DNA from: an uncultured Candidatus Saccharibacteria bacterium
Lineage (GTDB): Bacteria; Patescibacteriota; Minisyncoccia; Sungbacterales; HO2-52-23
DNA length: 64,000 nucleotides
NCBI GenBank assembly: GCA_964585475.1
Contig: CAZPDF010000004.1
Span: 23,169 to 87,168 of the forward strand
Direction of reading: 5' to 3'
The notes beneath the pieces were generated by a model that had not been told where the DNA came from, did not search any database, and saw only the letters and a list, made by a program, of their open reading frames with translations. The position numbers were made by a program, and so were the translations under genes. Shown here in pieces: positions 62,983 to 64,000 of this stretch (positions within the stretch are counted from its first letter, which is position 1; each line of letters starts with the position of its first letter).

Positions 62983-64000
62983 TTATTCAAGTAATTTTCG
63001 GGTTCTTTCCGCACTCTCGAAGAGAAACGCTTTTATCCCAAGATCCCACGCTACCTTAATATTCTCCTCCGAGTCGTCAAAAAACGCGCACTCTTCCGGC
63101 TTCAAGCCGTTATCCTTGAGAACCAGTTTGTAGGCCTCGGGGTTTATTTTAAGAAATCCGGTTTGCCAGGAATAATAAATTTTGTCTGATACCTGCTCCA
63201 GAAACGGAAAATTCTTTTTATAATAACTTGTCCGCTCAGAAAAATTGTTGGACAGAATAAAAATCTTCACTCCTTTGCTTTTTAATTCACGCGCCAAACT
63301 CTCCATATCAGGGACCGCCAACTCAGCACTGAACCAGTAGTTAAGAAAATCTGCCCGCGACAAATTAATATTCCACTTTTTGAAATACGGCATCCAGTAC
63401 TCATACACATCACCCGCATCTGGCAGGCGAACTTTTGACATAACTTCTTTCAGGGCATCAAGAGCTTCTCTTTCGGGTACATTAAAATTATCCCGGAACC
63501 TTTCCGTCAATTTCGGCCCTTTAATAAATACTCCGTTCAGATCGAAAATCACGGCTTTCGTTAATTTTCCCAAAGAGAGTTCAGACGTGCAAAGATCATA
63601 CTTTTTCTGAAGCATTTCTATTGCTTCCTTAAGCTTGTCGTATTTCTCGTTTGCGCTCTCTACCGTATCCAGTATTTTTTTCGTACCTTCGTCTTTTTTC
63701 AACTCCGTAAGAACCTTCTCTTTTGCCATCTCCTGTAACTTCTCTTTCGGCCACTTACGCACCATGTCTTCAAACTCCTTACTTTTTTGCTCAAGCAACG
63801 TTTTTATATCCTCGCACTTTTGGTTCTCCTCTTTCTTATCTTTTTTGTCCTTATTACCTTTGCGCATGAGGCGCGAAGCGCCGTAGGCAACCGCGGCGGC
63901 GACAAGTGCCGCAACGGCCGCAAGTATCATAGTATTGCCGCTATCCCATTCTTCGGGTATAGGTGCCTGTATCGGAACAGGTGGAAGCGTAGCAGAAGGA
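62983..64000 (-). CDS. HAD-family hydrolase with N-terminal TM and coiled coil (5' end may lie beyond the window)
   Basis: IFDLNGV, ILSNN, FFDD; frame stays open from ATG 63930 to the window edge. Confidence 0.8.
   Translation of the reverse strand, partial: PSATLPPVPIQAPIPEEWDSGNTMILAAVAALVAAAVAYGASRLMRKGNKDKKDKKEENQKCEDIKTLLEQKSKEFEDMVRKWPKEKLQEMAKEKVLTELKKDEGTKKILDTVESANEKYDKLKEAIEMLQKKYDLCTSELSLGKLTKAVIFDLNGVFIKGPKLTERFRDNFNVPEREALDALKEVMSKVRLPDAGDVYEYWMPYFKKWNINLSRADFLNYWFSAELAVPDMESLARELKSKGVKIFILSNNFSERTSYYKKNFPFLEQVSDKIYYSWQTGFLKINPEAYKLVLKDNGLKPEECAFFDDSEENIKVAWDLGIKAFLFESAERTRKLLE

Overview
About 60 CDS from a small-genome bacterium. The gene content (dnaG-rpoD, lemA-htpX, obgE-typA, large secreted Ig/Cys-rich proteins, many short palindromes, apparently leaderless genes) suggests a Patescibacteria/CPR (Parcubacteria-like) chromosome; this assignment is inference. 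In order, the window holds an alpha-glucan cluster (GH13, glgA, GH57-UVR), an AbiEii-type toxin pair, surface proteins, a complete IS481-like element, a divergent LemA-like/TPM-like operon, the core rpoD/dnaG region with tRNAs, a 1.9-kaa surface protein, a glycosylation pair (GT-C plus a GT2/STT3-C/AMMECR1 fusion), a copper/redox island around copA, a Cys-repeat/LamG protein, a DUF559 nuclease, typA and obgE. The most striking observations are: (1) an intact tRNA-Asn nested inside the D-loop of a second, structurally conserved tRNA-Asn (18221-18446); (2) a family of ~100-bp MITE-like elements with 4-bp target duplications that sit on stop/start codons and regenerate the ATG; (3) secreted proteins that look like mosaics of short peptides resembling injection-system components; (4) palindromic repeats inserted in-frame into DnaG, TypA and other proteins. 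All family assignments come from motif recognition by eye; no searches were run.
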